A stretch of DNA of 64,000 nucleotides, taken from assembly GCA_051362555.1 (NCBI GenBank), contig CM120641.1:37206401-37270400 (forward strand), read 5' to 3'. Of the stretch, positions 13,265-26,400 are shown piece after piece (positions within the stretch are counted from its first letter, which is position 1; each line of letters begins with the position of its first letter). The translations under genes and the position numbers were made by a program. The stretch is from Lingula anatina (taxonomy: Eukaryota; Animalia; Brachiopoda). The notes beneath the pieces are model-generated. The model saw only the letters and a program-made list of their open reading frames with translations, was not told the DNA's origin and made no database searches.

Positions 13265-16200
13265 TCAGTCCTCTTCTTCACTATCTTCTACAACTTTCGC
13301 CTTTTTCTTTTTCACTTCTGTGTCTGAATCAGACTGCAATGTTAAAATGCAAAATATGATATTATTACCCAGTATTACTGATTTGACAGTGGCACCTTAA
13401 AACGGCGCAAACTAAATGTATAAAAATGGCACAATAACTGCTGTTTCAAATTATTAACTGTTGCAAATAAAATTCTATAGCTGTCATAGCCACTTAAGAA
13501 GAAAAGAAATGTCACCAACAATAATGGACACTTGGAAAACTATAAAGAACATTTCAAAACTATAGTCTTCAAAAAGTATCATTTTATGTCACTCAAATTA
13601 AGAAACACCTCATGCAGTTTGCATACAAATGTAAAAGCATTGGATATTTTCATAAATATTTAGTCATTTACCTCTTCACTATCACTAGCCAGTTTCTTGG
13701 CCTTCATAAGTCTGTTAGCCTTTGTAGTGTCTTTCTCTGATCCTGCAGAATCTTCACTATCTGAATAAATATTAGGACGAGTCTCTGGAAAAATAAAAAA
13801 AAACACAGATGACAGAAATCTAAAATTATTGGACAAAAAATCCTTTTTACATTACAATGAACTAAAGAAATTTCAACATTATTTAAATAGCTATTGAAAT
13901 TAATGTTTACTTTCACTATGCTCAAGGCACTCGGATAGATCTTTTAAATACAAATCTCAACTGCAACACGACATTTGGTAAATATATTATAAACGAAAAT
14001 TATCAAACACAAACTGAAATGCTTTCATACTGTCAGCTTACAGCCAACCTGCACGTGGGCCTTCATCAGACTGATGTGAGTTGATGTTGACACTCACTGA
14101 CTGCTAGGTGGTAAGTTAACGGTATGTAAGTATTTCGGATTGTGTTTGATAATTTTCATTTATGATTCAACTACCATGATGGTAATCAACATTTTTGCTG
14201 ATTTGGTAAATAGATAGTTATTTCCTTAGTCCAGGGTATATTTTCAAATTGTTTAACTATGCCTGGCTGAACTGCAATATTTGACCTATGTGAGAAGTTG
14301 CTAAAACCCAGGTTTATTTTTCAACCTCACAGGGTGCATCAGCAAAAAAAAAAATAAATAAATAATAATAATAATGAATTAGCACAAAAATGCTGTTGCT
14401 AGGCTAGGATACACTGAAACTAACCAAACCATTGTATTCAAATAGGCAATTGCATAAGGTATCAAAAGAAGATTTGAAGGTTAAATAATGCAAGTGTATC
14501 TTTAGATGTGTGTGTGTGTATACAAGAATGATCCTGTGTACAACGGGAAACTGTTCGATGCTCACCTTTTCTTTTTTCTTTGAAAGACTTTTTGATTGCA
14601 GCCAATGAAATAGCACCTTCTTCATCTTCATCTTCCTCATCTTCTAAATAAGACTGACTTATACCTCTAGAATGGGCTTTCTCACGCATTCGTCGCTGCT
14701 GGCTTTCTCTGCGTATGGATGCCCTTAATTTCTCTTCTTCTTTCTATCAAAAACATTCAAATACATCTTGTAAAATTTTTTTATTTAAATCAAAACATGT
14801 CTAATGATAATTACTGTTTCAATTAGCATTTGCAAGTCTGAATCATTATAGTAATCACACTACAGTCAAATCTATTTTGTTTCATCAAATTTTCAATGCG
14901 CCAAGAAATGATGTCACCTGGGCACACACAAGTTCAGACAACTGCACAATAACAGTTAATTTTACAACTGAAATTATATTATCAAACCAAATATTTCCTT
15001 TAATGCAGAAAAATCAAACAGGCATTATGGTTCCAATACAAGTCTAAATCAATACTCGAAGGAAATACAAATTGGCAGTAATATTACTTACCTTAATCAT
15101 TTCTGCTTTTTGAGATTCTGGATCTTTGCCAGCCATAGGCAATACTCGTATTTTCTGTGCTTTATTAGACCTTTCTGCCAATGATATAGTCATCTTTCTG
15201 TGTGTGAAAGACTCTGTGGAATGTGGCCTACAAAAATACATGCAACACATCGATCAAAATCGTGATCAGTGGGTATGTTTTAAATATTTATAAATCTTTG
15301 ATAAATAAGACATCTTATTTAAACACACATTAAAATTCTGAGTCACTTTCAACCAAATGGTAAAAAAACGGCATAAATTTATCAGTAAAACATGTTCAAT
15401 TTAAACGAATTGTTTCTGGCAATATTATTTTTTAATACAGAATGCTGGTTGTGGAGCTGTATCACATCTCACCTAAATGTAAGTTTTGTTTTAAAGACAG
15501 CCTGTCCTTGTAGACCTGTACCCTGCCTTACAAACAGGTGGTTGTAATCTCCCTGGAGACCCATAGTGTGGACATCAAAAACCTCATTACCCAGATGAAG
15601 AGACATGCTGAAATTGAAAACGGACAATACTGCTGAAACATCTTTCTCTTGATCACTATGAGGGGTGAGACAGAATGAGAAAGTGCTCAAATGCAATGTG
15701 TAGTGAAGAAGCTGTGCCACTGGGTGCTTTTTCTCCAGGGAGAAAGGCACATGGCATGTTCATGCCCACCTCTGAAGTTATTATAAGAGCAAAACTGATC
15801 ACACAAATTTAATAAACTTGTTTCCAAATCTCCAAAAAGCCACAAAAAAAGAAAACATAAATACATTATCAAAATTTTAAAACAGCTTCCTTTACTTCAA
15901 TTATACACCTGGCAAAGTTGAGATTTAAATCCATTACCTGCCATCTGACCATCGAATTATCCTTGCATTGCTTTCCCTCAATTGTTTCCCATTTTCGTCC
16001 ATCATGATATTGCCAAACTCGTCTTTCTTTGGTCTCCACCTTATAGTGTTCTCAACCTATATTCAAAGGATTTAAAATCATTCACCAATTGAACAACAAC
16101 CTCACATTATAAATTGTATTTCATATTTATAACAAATGCACATGGGACAAATCCTTTCCCAACTCATCTGGATTTTGGTAAAGTTGTACAGTAAACAATT

Positions 16201-18768
16201 CTATCAATTGTGAAAAAAAATTTTCCAGTAGACAAATCTTATAAAGAAAATTATGCAAAGATCAGTTTTGTGTATTTTGCCACCCAGATTTGACCATTGA
16301 AATTTATCCAAAAGAAAAGTGCTTGTTATCCAAATGATCCTCTCTGATTTCAACGTGTCTTTGGTCGGATGATGATTTGATTCTATAATAAGCAAATTAA
16401 TGCAAACCAACGCAATTTAAATTCACATGATCTTTTCAGTTGATCAAACTTTGCAACCAACAAAGATATTTTATGACAATAATATCAACAAATCACTTCT
16501 CAGTCATTATCAAAGAAGTCAACATTACATTGAACATCATTGCATTATAATATACTCACCTTCAATTTCAACCTTGACCTTCCTTCTTCATCTAAAACCT
16601 CATCTTCATCAATTTCATCTTCATATGTGTTGGAGTCAAAAGGTCTAAGGGTAAAAACAATTTTCAAGTATATATATTTAATGATATGAAATTGTGAAAC
16701 TTTACAAATTATCATTTACAAATTTGATCCCACACTGTCCAGTTTGAAATTCCAATGTATCCATTCCTAATGACAACATTGTGAAGTTAGGTAATTCAGA
16801 CAAATAAAAAACCTGTATAAGCTGGAATATTTCACATTGCAGATAAACAGCTATCTGATTATATGCCATTGACAAGAAAAATACAGTATTATGTTCTAGT
16901 AACCTACCTTGTTTCTACACTTAGGAAATTGGGAAGTTTCACAAAATGCAAATGTTTTCCTAAATTTGTGCTGATTTTTGGTATTTCAACATCTATCCTT
17001 GTCTCTGGTATCTCCTCTGGTTCTTGTTCATCTTCTCCACCATCCTCCATTCTTTCCTCCTGTCTTCCTTCCTGAACACAATTTATTCAAGTAAAAATAC
17101 AGGAAGGCTGCTCAATTACAAGTCAAATTCTGCATAGACACTGTAACTTAAGACACTGTATATGATTAGTTGGGTATTATGTGACCGGGCTTCCATATTC
17201 TAGCACCTTTATTTTCAATTGAAAACAATGTGAACTCTTAATTCATTTAAAAACCAAACATTACTTAAGAAAACAAACTGCATCCTACTTCATTTTTCTT
17301 TTCTGCGTCCTCTTCATCAGAGCTTATATCTAATCCTTCACCAAATATGTCTTCTGCAGTAGCTGTAACTGATTGATAAATGAGTCTAAATTATATCATA
17401 TTAACGCTTTCTTTTGTTATCAAGCACTCAAATTAGATATTCACAAAACATACCTTTATCAATAGTTAAATATATAAAAGAATAAAACTGAATAAGCAAA
17501 ATAAATTCATAAAGAATGAAGGCTATCTCTGTTATCTTCATACCTTTATTTTCACCACCTGACATTGAGCCTTCATCATCACTAGATATTATGTTTGTTT
17601 TCTTTTTCTTTGAAATTTCTTCATCAGAGTCAGAACCAGCTGAAAAAAAATGTTTCTCAAAAACATTATTCAAAGATATTTATGTTGAAACATAGATTTC
17701 AAAATAAACATGAGTTAGTAGTAGGCAATTTTTTGTCAACAAGTATGTTAGGTTATTGAAAAATATATCTTACCTTTTTCAGTATCTGATTTCCTTTGGG
17801 ATGGGCTAGGAGATTTTCTACTTGGACTTGCAGATTTACTTCTAGACCTACTCCTAGATCGGTTTCTAGTTGGGCTAACAGATCCACTTTTGGAAGACCT
17901 GGCTGGGCTTGCAGATCCACTCCTAACTGGACTAGCAGATCCACTTCTAGCTGGGCTAGCTTGTCCACTTTTTGCAGGGCTTCCCGATCCACTTTGTGCC
18001 GGGCTGGCTGAACCACTTCGTGCTGGACTAGCTGATCCACTTCTTGTTGGGCTTGGAGATCCACTACGAGCTGGGCTTGCAGAACCACTTTTAGCTGGGC
18101 TTGCTGATCCACTTCGTGCTGGACTGGCTGATCCACTTCTGGCTGGACTGGCTGATCCACTTCTGGCTGGACTAGCTGATCCGCTTCTGGCTGGACTGGC
18201 TGATCCACTTCTAGCTGGACTAGCTGACCCACTTCTGGCAGGGCTGGCTGATCCACTTCTGGCAGGGCTGGCTGATCCACTCCTGGCAGGGCTGGCTGAT
18301 CCACTTCTAGCAGGGCTGGCTGATCCACTTCGAGCAGGACTGGCTGATCCACTCTTTGGACTACCAGGTCCACTGCCTAAAATATATAGCAAAAAATCTT
18401 TAAATTAAATAACTTGCTTTTAAACTTACACTGAAGTGACATTACTGTGCTAAAAAGTATTTTCTTACAGTGTCACAAAGAATACTTACATACTGCACTT
18501 GAGTCAATTAAGTTTGATTTACTTAATTTTAGTCTACTTTTCCATTTTTCAGCCTTTCACAAAAACACGTGAAAACGCAAAACAATAATTTGTGACACGA
18601 TCTTCCATGTTCGCAATCATCCCCCTTCGCGCACTGTTATAAAATTGCAATGAAACACACGGAAAGAGCTGTGCTGTTTAAAAGGCAATACTAAATGCGC
18701 CCACGTTTATAAAACTCACCGTTATCACTATCGGCATCTGAACCAAACAAATCTTCCATGTCAGCCAT
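13265..18768 (-). CDS. LEO1: RNA polymerase-associated protein LEO1 (PAF1 complex), ~608 aa, 12 coding exons
   Basis: Exons (minus): 18768-18720, 18376-17774, 17639-17544, 17368-17289, 17071-16908, 16644-16560, 16056-15938, 15607-15473, 15227-15092, 14743-14566, 13784-13672, 13333-13265 (1827 nt). Start [15 protein letters not shown]. Leo1 domain: [17 protein letters not shown]...[13 protein letters not shown]...[23 protein letters not shown]...[33 protein letters not shown]. Confidence 0.96.
13973..14212. mobile_element. Foldback insertion (53-bp inverted arms) flanked by direct repeats; possible Penelope-like or MITE remnant
   Basis: Arms 13989-14041 and 14111-14163 are imperfect reverse complements. 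ATTTGGTAAATA is repeated at 13973 and 14201. The family assignment is inference. Confidence 0.6.
17898..18353 (-). repeat. Coding tandem repeat, 19 x 24 bp, encoding SGSASPAR in LEO1 exon 2
   Basis: Unit GCTGATCCACTTCTGGCTGGACTG-like on the plus strand; 152 aa = 19 octapeptides, with one more unit after SSK. Confidence 0.95.
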
Positions 18769-19068
18769 TTTTGCCTCTTGTGTTTTCCGGTAGATTTTTA
18801 CTATAGAGGGCGACACACGAGGCGTCATTCAAAATATAAGAAAGGTACGAAAGGGAAATTGAAATGAACATAAGATAATATTTAAATTGATGAATGCTTT
18901 ACATTCAATGAGAAAAACTTATGTTTTCAAGCATAATAAAGTTTTTTAAAAAATTATGATGTAATCTTTTATTTTTGAACTCTCAAAAGTTACCAGTTCT
19001 TTTTCGTCTTGGCCTTGCAAATGTTTACCATAAACATTTCCCTTGCGGTTCTTTAAAGGGACAACAAG
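18769..19068. promoter_or_regulatory. Bidirectional promoter between LEO1 and the CARD-ZO-1 gene (300 bp ATG to ATG)
   Basis: Head-to-head ATGs at 18768 (minus) and 19069 (plus); CpG-retaining; TTCCGG ETS-like site near 18785; YY1-like CAAGATGGCGG overlapping the 19069 ATG. Confidence 0.65.
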
Positions 19069-20385
19069 ATGGCGGGGAAGGGTGGTGTAGCACGTTTGCT
19101 AGCAAAACACAGGGCAACAATTATACGAGACCTTGATGTTAACCGTATTTTGCCCAGTTTATCCCAAAAGGGGGTGTTTACTCGTGTTGAAGAGCATGAC
19201 ATTTTGGCCTCAGCCGACCCTAGGAGCCGAACGGAGGTGTTTATCGACATCCTTGCACACAAGGGGCTGACAGCATTTCATGAATTTTGTTCCACGTTAG
19301 AAAACACCTATCCGCGATTGTTGACATGTTTTCTGTTGGACAACCCTGGTAAGTTCCAATTTATAACAAACTGCATGCAGGTTGAACGTACTTGTTTGAT
19401 ATACAAGATAGTTAGCTACTTTTGTATATTTATTATTAAATTAAAATTCAGTGACCCATTTGCAATGTTTACAATTTACATGACACCTGTTTGTTTGGGA
19501 TAAAAGTAACTAATCATTTTTCCTTATTTAGTTATGATAATAACATATGTATTTATTTATTTATTTATTTATTTTGCAAGAAAATGGAATGTTTGGTATG
19601 ATTTATCATATACCTATTATAGATAGTTTTGCCATTAATTCCCCAAGTCAGCCAGTCAAGCTATTGTTTGTTCCAATGTCAGGCCTCGTTGTGATGTCAA
19701 CAGACAAGAGCTGACATAGGACATGAGATGAAATACTTAAATACAATATGATGCATAGATTGGCGGATGGGAACGTGTATTTGGAAAAATTTGCATTTAA
19801 TTTGAAAAGAACCTACTAGTAGATTGATATCTCAGACGAGGGCTAAGAGGAGAGACTAACCCACAGATGTAGTATACCTCAGCAACTAAAGCATGCATCT
19901 TGAAAAGAAAGTTCATTGTTGAGAAAATGAAAAGGTGACACTGTCATCTTTATTTTCATCCACCAACTTGTATTCTGTATTAACCTTTTTCTGGTCATAA
20001 AAGTTGTTTAAGTCACCTCCTTGGAAAACCTATTAATTCCACAGAATGACACTGAAACTGATGATGATCTTTGCTAAAAATGTCATAACATCCATATTTT
20101 TCATCAGAATGGCTTGAAATTGTAGCTGTTGATAGAAAACATAAAGGCAAGTGCACTCCAAAAATGATTTTAATCAATATTTAGTTGTCATACCACTAGT
20201 GTATTTCTCAATTTGGCATTATTTTTCTTTTTCTAAATTATTTTTACTATATTGATTTGAATTTTCATGTAGTGTCAATGATATTCAATGCAGACATAAT
20301 GGTCAAAAATGTAGAAAAACTATGATCTTACAAATAAAAATGATTATCAATATAACTTGAAAAGCAAATAAATAAATATAATGGG

Positions 20386-20448
<63 letters not shown>

Positions 20449-23400
20449 GCCTGTGCCCTAGGGACCATTCCCAAAGCCTACTGTACTGACTGTAGATCGA
20501 TCTATCTCCATATTTTTCATCAGAATGGCTTGAAATTATAGTTGTTGATAGAAAACATAAATGCAAGTGTACTCCAAATATGTTTTTAAAAACCAATATT
20601 CAATATTTAGTTGTCATACCACTAGCATATCTCTCAATTTTGCATTATTTTTCTTTTTCTAAATTAATATTACTATATTGACTTGAATTTTCATGTAGTT
20701 TCAATAATATTCAATGCAGACATTAATGGACAAAAATGTAGAAAAATAATAATGAGCTTTCAAATAAAAAAAATATCATCAATAAAACTTGAAAAGCAAA
20801 AAATAAATAAATAAATAAAATGGGGGGGGGGGAATACTGCCTGTGCCAAAGGGACCATTCCCAAAGCCTACCGTCCTAACTGTGGATCGATCTATCTCCA
20901 AAGGGGCCCGTTAAATTGCAATCAACTGAAGCGGTTTAGATGTCATGCCTACTAAAGCAGCTAGGGGGTAATTAATTATCTTTTAGCGACTCTAGTAGGC
21001 GTGCCAGATATCTAAGCTGCTTAAACTGAAAGCAATTTAGCAAGAAACCCTTTGAAGATGGACCGATCCTGTAAGATCGATCTAGGTATGGAACCCAGTC
21101 AAAGCGTTATAATGTGACAGTTCAGAGTTCTATGTATTTTTGAAGGGCATAATATTTTGATGAACCAAAAATGATCACAAGCATATAATAATTGATAGCT
21201 ATATCTACCTGTATTGTGACGTAATATGCATTTGAAAAAAATAAATTGGTGATGGTGAATAAGGCTCAGTGTTATACCTGAGCTGGCATTTAACTACAAG
21301 TAATGGGCATATTAAAAGCACATAAGTTTCTGTTGTAGCAGGCAGTTTGTGTTTTTTATATTTATAGGTATGTTACTTTGATGTACATGTGCTTTAATGT
21401 TATTGATCAGCTTAAGTCTCATGTTACCCACATGTACCTATGGTTTTAAATCCATATGGTGCCCAATGAGGTTATACACTTGGTGGTTTATTTATGTAAC
21501 TAATCAAAGACATGAACCCCACATTAACACCTCAGTTGAAATGCATTTGGATTCTGGTTGGTTCTGAAAGTAACACCTTGAAAACAAATTGCTGGTCACG
21601 TCCATATAAGGAAGGGAGTTGGTTAGGTTGGTTAAACTTTTTTTTTTCAGTCACATGTACATGTGCTGTTTTCTTATAATAAAATGTGGCATGCTAGGCG
21701 TGTGAGGCTTTCTTGGTGATGTCCATTTAACCTTTACTACCAGCTGGCAATGGTCAGTCTTAATGACCGTTAGCTGACAGGTGTAGAAGTCTTCCAGGTG
21801 TGCTGATTTTCCCCAAAGCTGTTAGATATGACTAGAACTGCTGTTAGCAACTTCTAGTCTTACAGATTTTCTACTTAATAGCATTTATTATCAACTGGGT
21901 TTATGCCAGGGAAAGGGTAATTTATTGAGAAATGGAATAAAGTTGTAATCTATTTTTCAAGAATATTTGAAAAGATAGTTATACTAAATATTCTGATGTG
22001 GACTCAAAGAATTGCATCTTTTTAACAATAAGGACTATAGAACAGAAACTCCCCCCAGGCATGTTTTGTTATAGAAAAACATAGATGTATGATATATGAA
22101 TTAACTTGTCTATACAAAATATTTGCTGCCACTAATCTTTTCTCTGGCCAAACATAAATGTCTGTCAACAAAGTCTCTACTACAAACTGTTCTTTTGTAT
22201 TGAGGTAGACAATTCAGCCGCTCTACTATACCCTTTCTGTTGGTATTGAATGCCCTATCACCTGACAAGCCCTTGACATTCTATCCTGATCTTTGATGCC
22301 TTGGTGTGCAGGTGGCTTATTTGTTCTAGCAGTCGGCATCATTTGTACACAAAACATATTGTTCACACCCCTCCCAGGGCCCCCAATTACACCCCTTACC
22401 TTCCCAATTTTTATCTGCGCTTTGTTTATTCGCACAGATACAGAGGTGGTCCACTGACAGATAGGTGACATTTTAATAGAGAGTGAGGAGGCATATCATA
22501 GTTCAACTTTAATATTTTGACAATTTTAATTTTGTTCTTCTGCTGATAATATTGCGAGAGAAGGGTACTTTTTTCTATTTTTTGTTCAAGCATTGACATC
22601 AGATTTGTCCGATATAACATAATTATTGCATTTGAGTTGGTTTTATCATTTTAAGGGAAAATCATCACAAGTTGTGAAAAATAGCTTTGAGTTGACTTTT
22701 GTTGGACAAAACACATCTGCATTCTTCTTTAGAAACACAAAAAATATCATAGTATTAATTTTCTCAGTGAGTGTCTTTTGGTGAGAAAGATATGGGTTGT
22801 CAAAATTAACAAACATAATTCACCTTTCCCCCCATCCTTGTTGTGTCCCAAACAAAAATCAACCCGAACATTGACAATCAAGGACCTTGTGTACAATTTT
22901 GTAAAATTAATTTTATTAATCAAAAAGAAAATGTTAGGATTTTATTTAAAATGACTCCCAAATGTGTAGTTTGCTTGCTTCAATGAATGGTTTCGATATC
23001 TTGCCTTTAGTGACACATTTAGGCAATAGGTGTCACCATTGCATGCTCAAGCCTGTCGCTGTGTTTATAAATATGTATCCACCACAATAGTTTGCCCAGG
23101 GCATGTAAATACATTGATCATGACTTGTTTGCTTGAAATTCTAGTTATGTGGGCTTAAAGCAAGGTTTTATTCATATATATTAATGATAAGGGAGTTATA
23201 GGAAATTTCAGTGGCTAATGCTACAAAATATTAACCTCAATGGCATAAAGGTATATGAAAAAAATTGAGCAGCTCAATTAACTGTATAGAAGTAACCAGT
23301 TGATTTTATATGAAAATTTAACTGGTACACAAGATTATTATATCCAAACTGCAGGTGTGTATGAAATAGAGTATATGGAAACAGTCTATTGGTATATTTA

Positions 23401-26400
23401 TCTCAAAATATTAGCCTTTTATTGAGCACCTTCTAATTATTGAATCATTTTTGGACCTCCCGAGCAATCGCTTTCATTGAATATCTTTCCTAAATAGAGT
23501 TTGCATTGCCTGATCAACCTGAAGACATTAGGACATGGGTTCCTAAGTAACAAAATCGCAGAACTCTATGAATTTCATTCATAAAAAAGATATATTGCTT
23601 TTATGATCTCTTCTTTGATAGTGCTATTTGGTATGCTTAAGTGATGGTTTTAGTAGATCAAAGGAATGTGCATGGCTGAGGGGTGCATTGATGCTTCATA
23701 GCAGAGGGGGTAGTATTATCATTGCTACCTGAGTCTATTTGCTTCCTAAATATCAGTTAAATGGGAATGTAAGAATCAAGCTATTGAATGGCTGGGAACA
23801 ATGGCCTTCTATTGATTTACTTTACCTGCAAAAACAAACAACAGTGTTAAATGTATTGTGCAACCCATTGATCAGGTTTGGTGGGACTGTATTGTGTAGT
23901 ACAGCCTGCTGTAGATCAATGGGTTTATGGCAGGTACAGGGAGCCTTTTTCTTGCTGCTGACCTGCAGGGAATAGAGCTCATTGGAGCAAAGGGTGGCAC
24001 ATTCTAAGACCTATATACATGTACTTCTTGAACTTGTACTGGTCACCTCTGTTTCTGGATTTACTATGACTTCCTTAAAAAGATGGTATTCTGTTGGTGG
24101 ACTGCGAGGAGGGGGAGGAGGTGAGTTGATGAAGAAATTGCAGCCAGCTCTTTGTTGGTTAAGAGTTATTGCAAAATGTATATGCTGTCTTGCCAAGGCA
24201 GTTTCTTCTTATATAAGTTGTCAGATAGTGAGGTCTTGATGCTATGCTTGGTCATGGAAGGGGGGCAGTTCTGGGTAATTTTGGATGGAAATATCTAAGC
24301 TAGTATAGATGGAAAAACTACTTTTGTTTAACCAGTTTGTATAGATCTTCTAGCATACATTGTCATGTAGCCAGGTCTCAGGGTTATCGGGATATTGGGA
24401 TAAATATATTTGAATAAAATAGTTTTAGTAAATGACATTGTAATTGTAGATTAAGTTTTTGTTACCTGATCATCTTTAAATGTGTGATGGAGACTCAGAA
24501 AGATGCTAAAGCCAGATGAAATGGGTACGTGTAAGTTGAAAAATATCATTTTGGTAAATGTGAGGAAGTATATATTACTGGCAGTCTTTAAGTTGTCATC
24601 ATTATCACAAGTGTTGGGTAAACTACCAGTTTTGGTATTATATTTCAAATGTTACATGGTGTAATTTGTTTAATGGTATGATTACAAGAGAGAGGGATAG
24701 TCATCATGGAAGCCACTGATGTTAACTGAGGGCTGTGCTTGATTGACACAATGATTGATTTGCCTCACCTTCAATGACTGGCCAATAGTGGCCATGTTTT
24801 TAAACTATCTAAAATGTTGCAGTCTGGCAAGTTCTGGTGTTTCTATGAGGGTTACTATGTCTGTAAAGGTGTATTATAAAATGTACAAAGGAAGGATAGT
24901 TAAACAGATAAACTGTGTTAGCATGAAGATGGTATCATTTAACAACTGTGTGCAACTATGTTCTTTTTTCTAAACCCCCTCCCCTTTTATAGTTTTAGAT
25001 TACAAAATAAATTTACACTAAAAACTAGGTTAGATTGATTCCTCACAACACAGGAGGTATGTGCTACAAAAAAGCTATGAAAATTTTGAATGAATTTTTC
25101 CAGATGAATGTTTCTATTGCATTTTGCTTTTGTTATTGTTGTGTATGCAGCTCAGCATCTGGGCGGTGCATATAGGACTGAAGTGTGGCCAAATTTTAAA
25201 ATAACACAATTTCAGGTGGCTGGTGTGAGGAGCTAGCACCTCACATGCCTGATAGGTGTGGATTTATTTTCATGTAGTTAACATACTCTGAATTGGCTTC
25301 TTTACTACACCTGTGTGCACCATGAATGGCCCTTGAAATTTCTATCCAGTAGCTGTCCACACAGCACCTAATAGTGGTCAATCTTTTGACCAAACTTGTC
25401 CAGACTTCAGCCCTTTTGGGCCACATCTGGTACAAGCGGTAATAAATCTGATGACAAAGTTTTGTAATATCGAGTTTTACAATATACAGCTGATTAACAT
25501 TCCACATTTATCTATATAACTCAATTGTTTTCCAGACGTGTTATCAGAAGATAAAACCCCTACCCAGGCCCTGCAACTTGGTTTTGAACTTGCTCTAAAA
25601 GAGCGTGATGCGGTGCTGCGAGAGAATGCCCGTGCCATGGAGGAAAGGGACCAAGCCATTCGCCACTACCAGGAGATGAAAGATGAGAGAGACAGAGCTT
25701 TGGCAGGTTTAGAGAGTGTAGCAGGGAAGGCTCAAAAAATTAGCAACAGGTGAGCTTACTGTGAAACTTCTTTAGAAATTTATTACTATGGACGGGAGAT
25801 CAGTTTTGCTTGACATGAAGCAAGTTGGAGGCTGCAGAGCTAATTTGGCATAATTTAAGGAAACAATACACAATCACTTTATAAAAAATGAACAGCTTTC
25901 CAGATGTGTTTTTAAAAACATAATGTTTGTTTGTACATCTACTCATTGTTTTTGTAATATGAAAGTGTTTTTTGCATAGCTGTGTATTTTGACAGATGTT
26001 AAATTGGTGCCATATAGTTCTATATAACATAACCTGCCTGATGGTTTTGGTTTGAACTGTCATTAATTCATCTAAATTTCCAATATTAAGTTACATTGTG
26101 TAACACAGATAGACCCTCTCCATATATAACAGACACCAGCTTGCCCCCCCCCCCCCTTTAAAACACCACACTTTTATATCCTAGATAAACTACTGCTCAG
26201 TGCAAAACAGTAGTCTTTCTATAAATAATCAATTATGCTCTTTTAGGATCTATTTTATTAAAATATTTATTAGAATACACTATATATTACCCTGAGTTAT
26301 ATAATACAGTGATCATGTGCTGGCTGAAAGTTTTTTTTTCTGATCTGTGACTTGTGCAGTAAGAAGAGTGAACTACTGTAATTATATGAGTGTTGAAGAA

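Noticed and set aside
17753-18408. Alternative-frame and antisense ORFs (VDQPALLE repeats; LAGLADPL repeats)
   Set aside because: By-products of a stop-free 24-bp tandem repeat. Only the SGSASPAR frame is in phase with the flanking LEO1 exons.
20303-20596. ORF with a poly-proline run
   Set aside because: Translation of the intronic poly-G tract; no splice or homology support.
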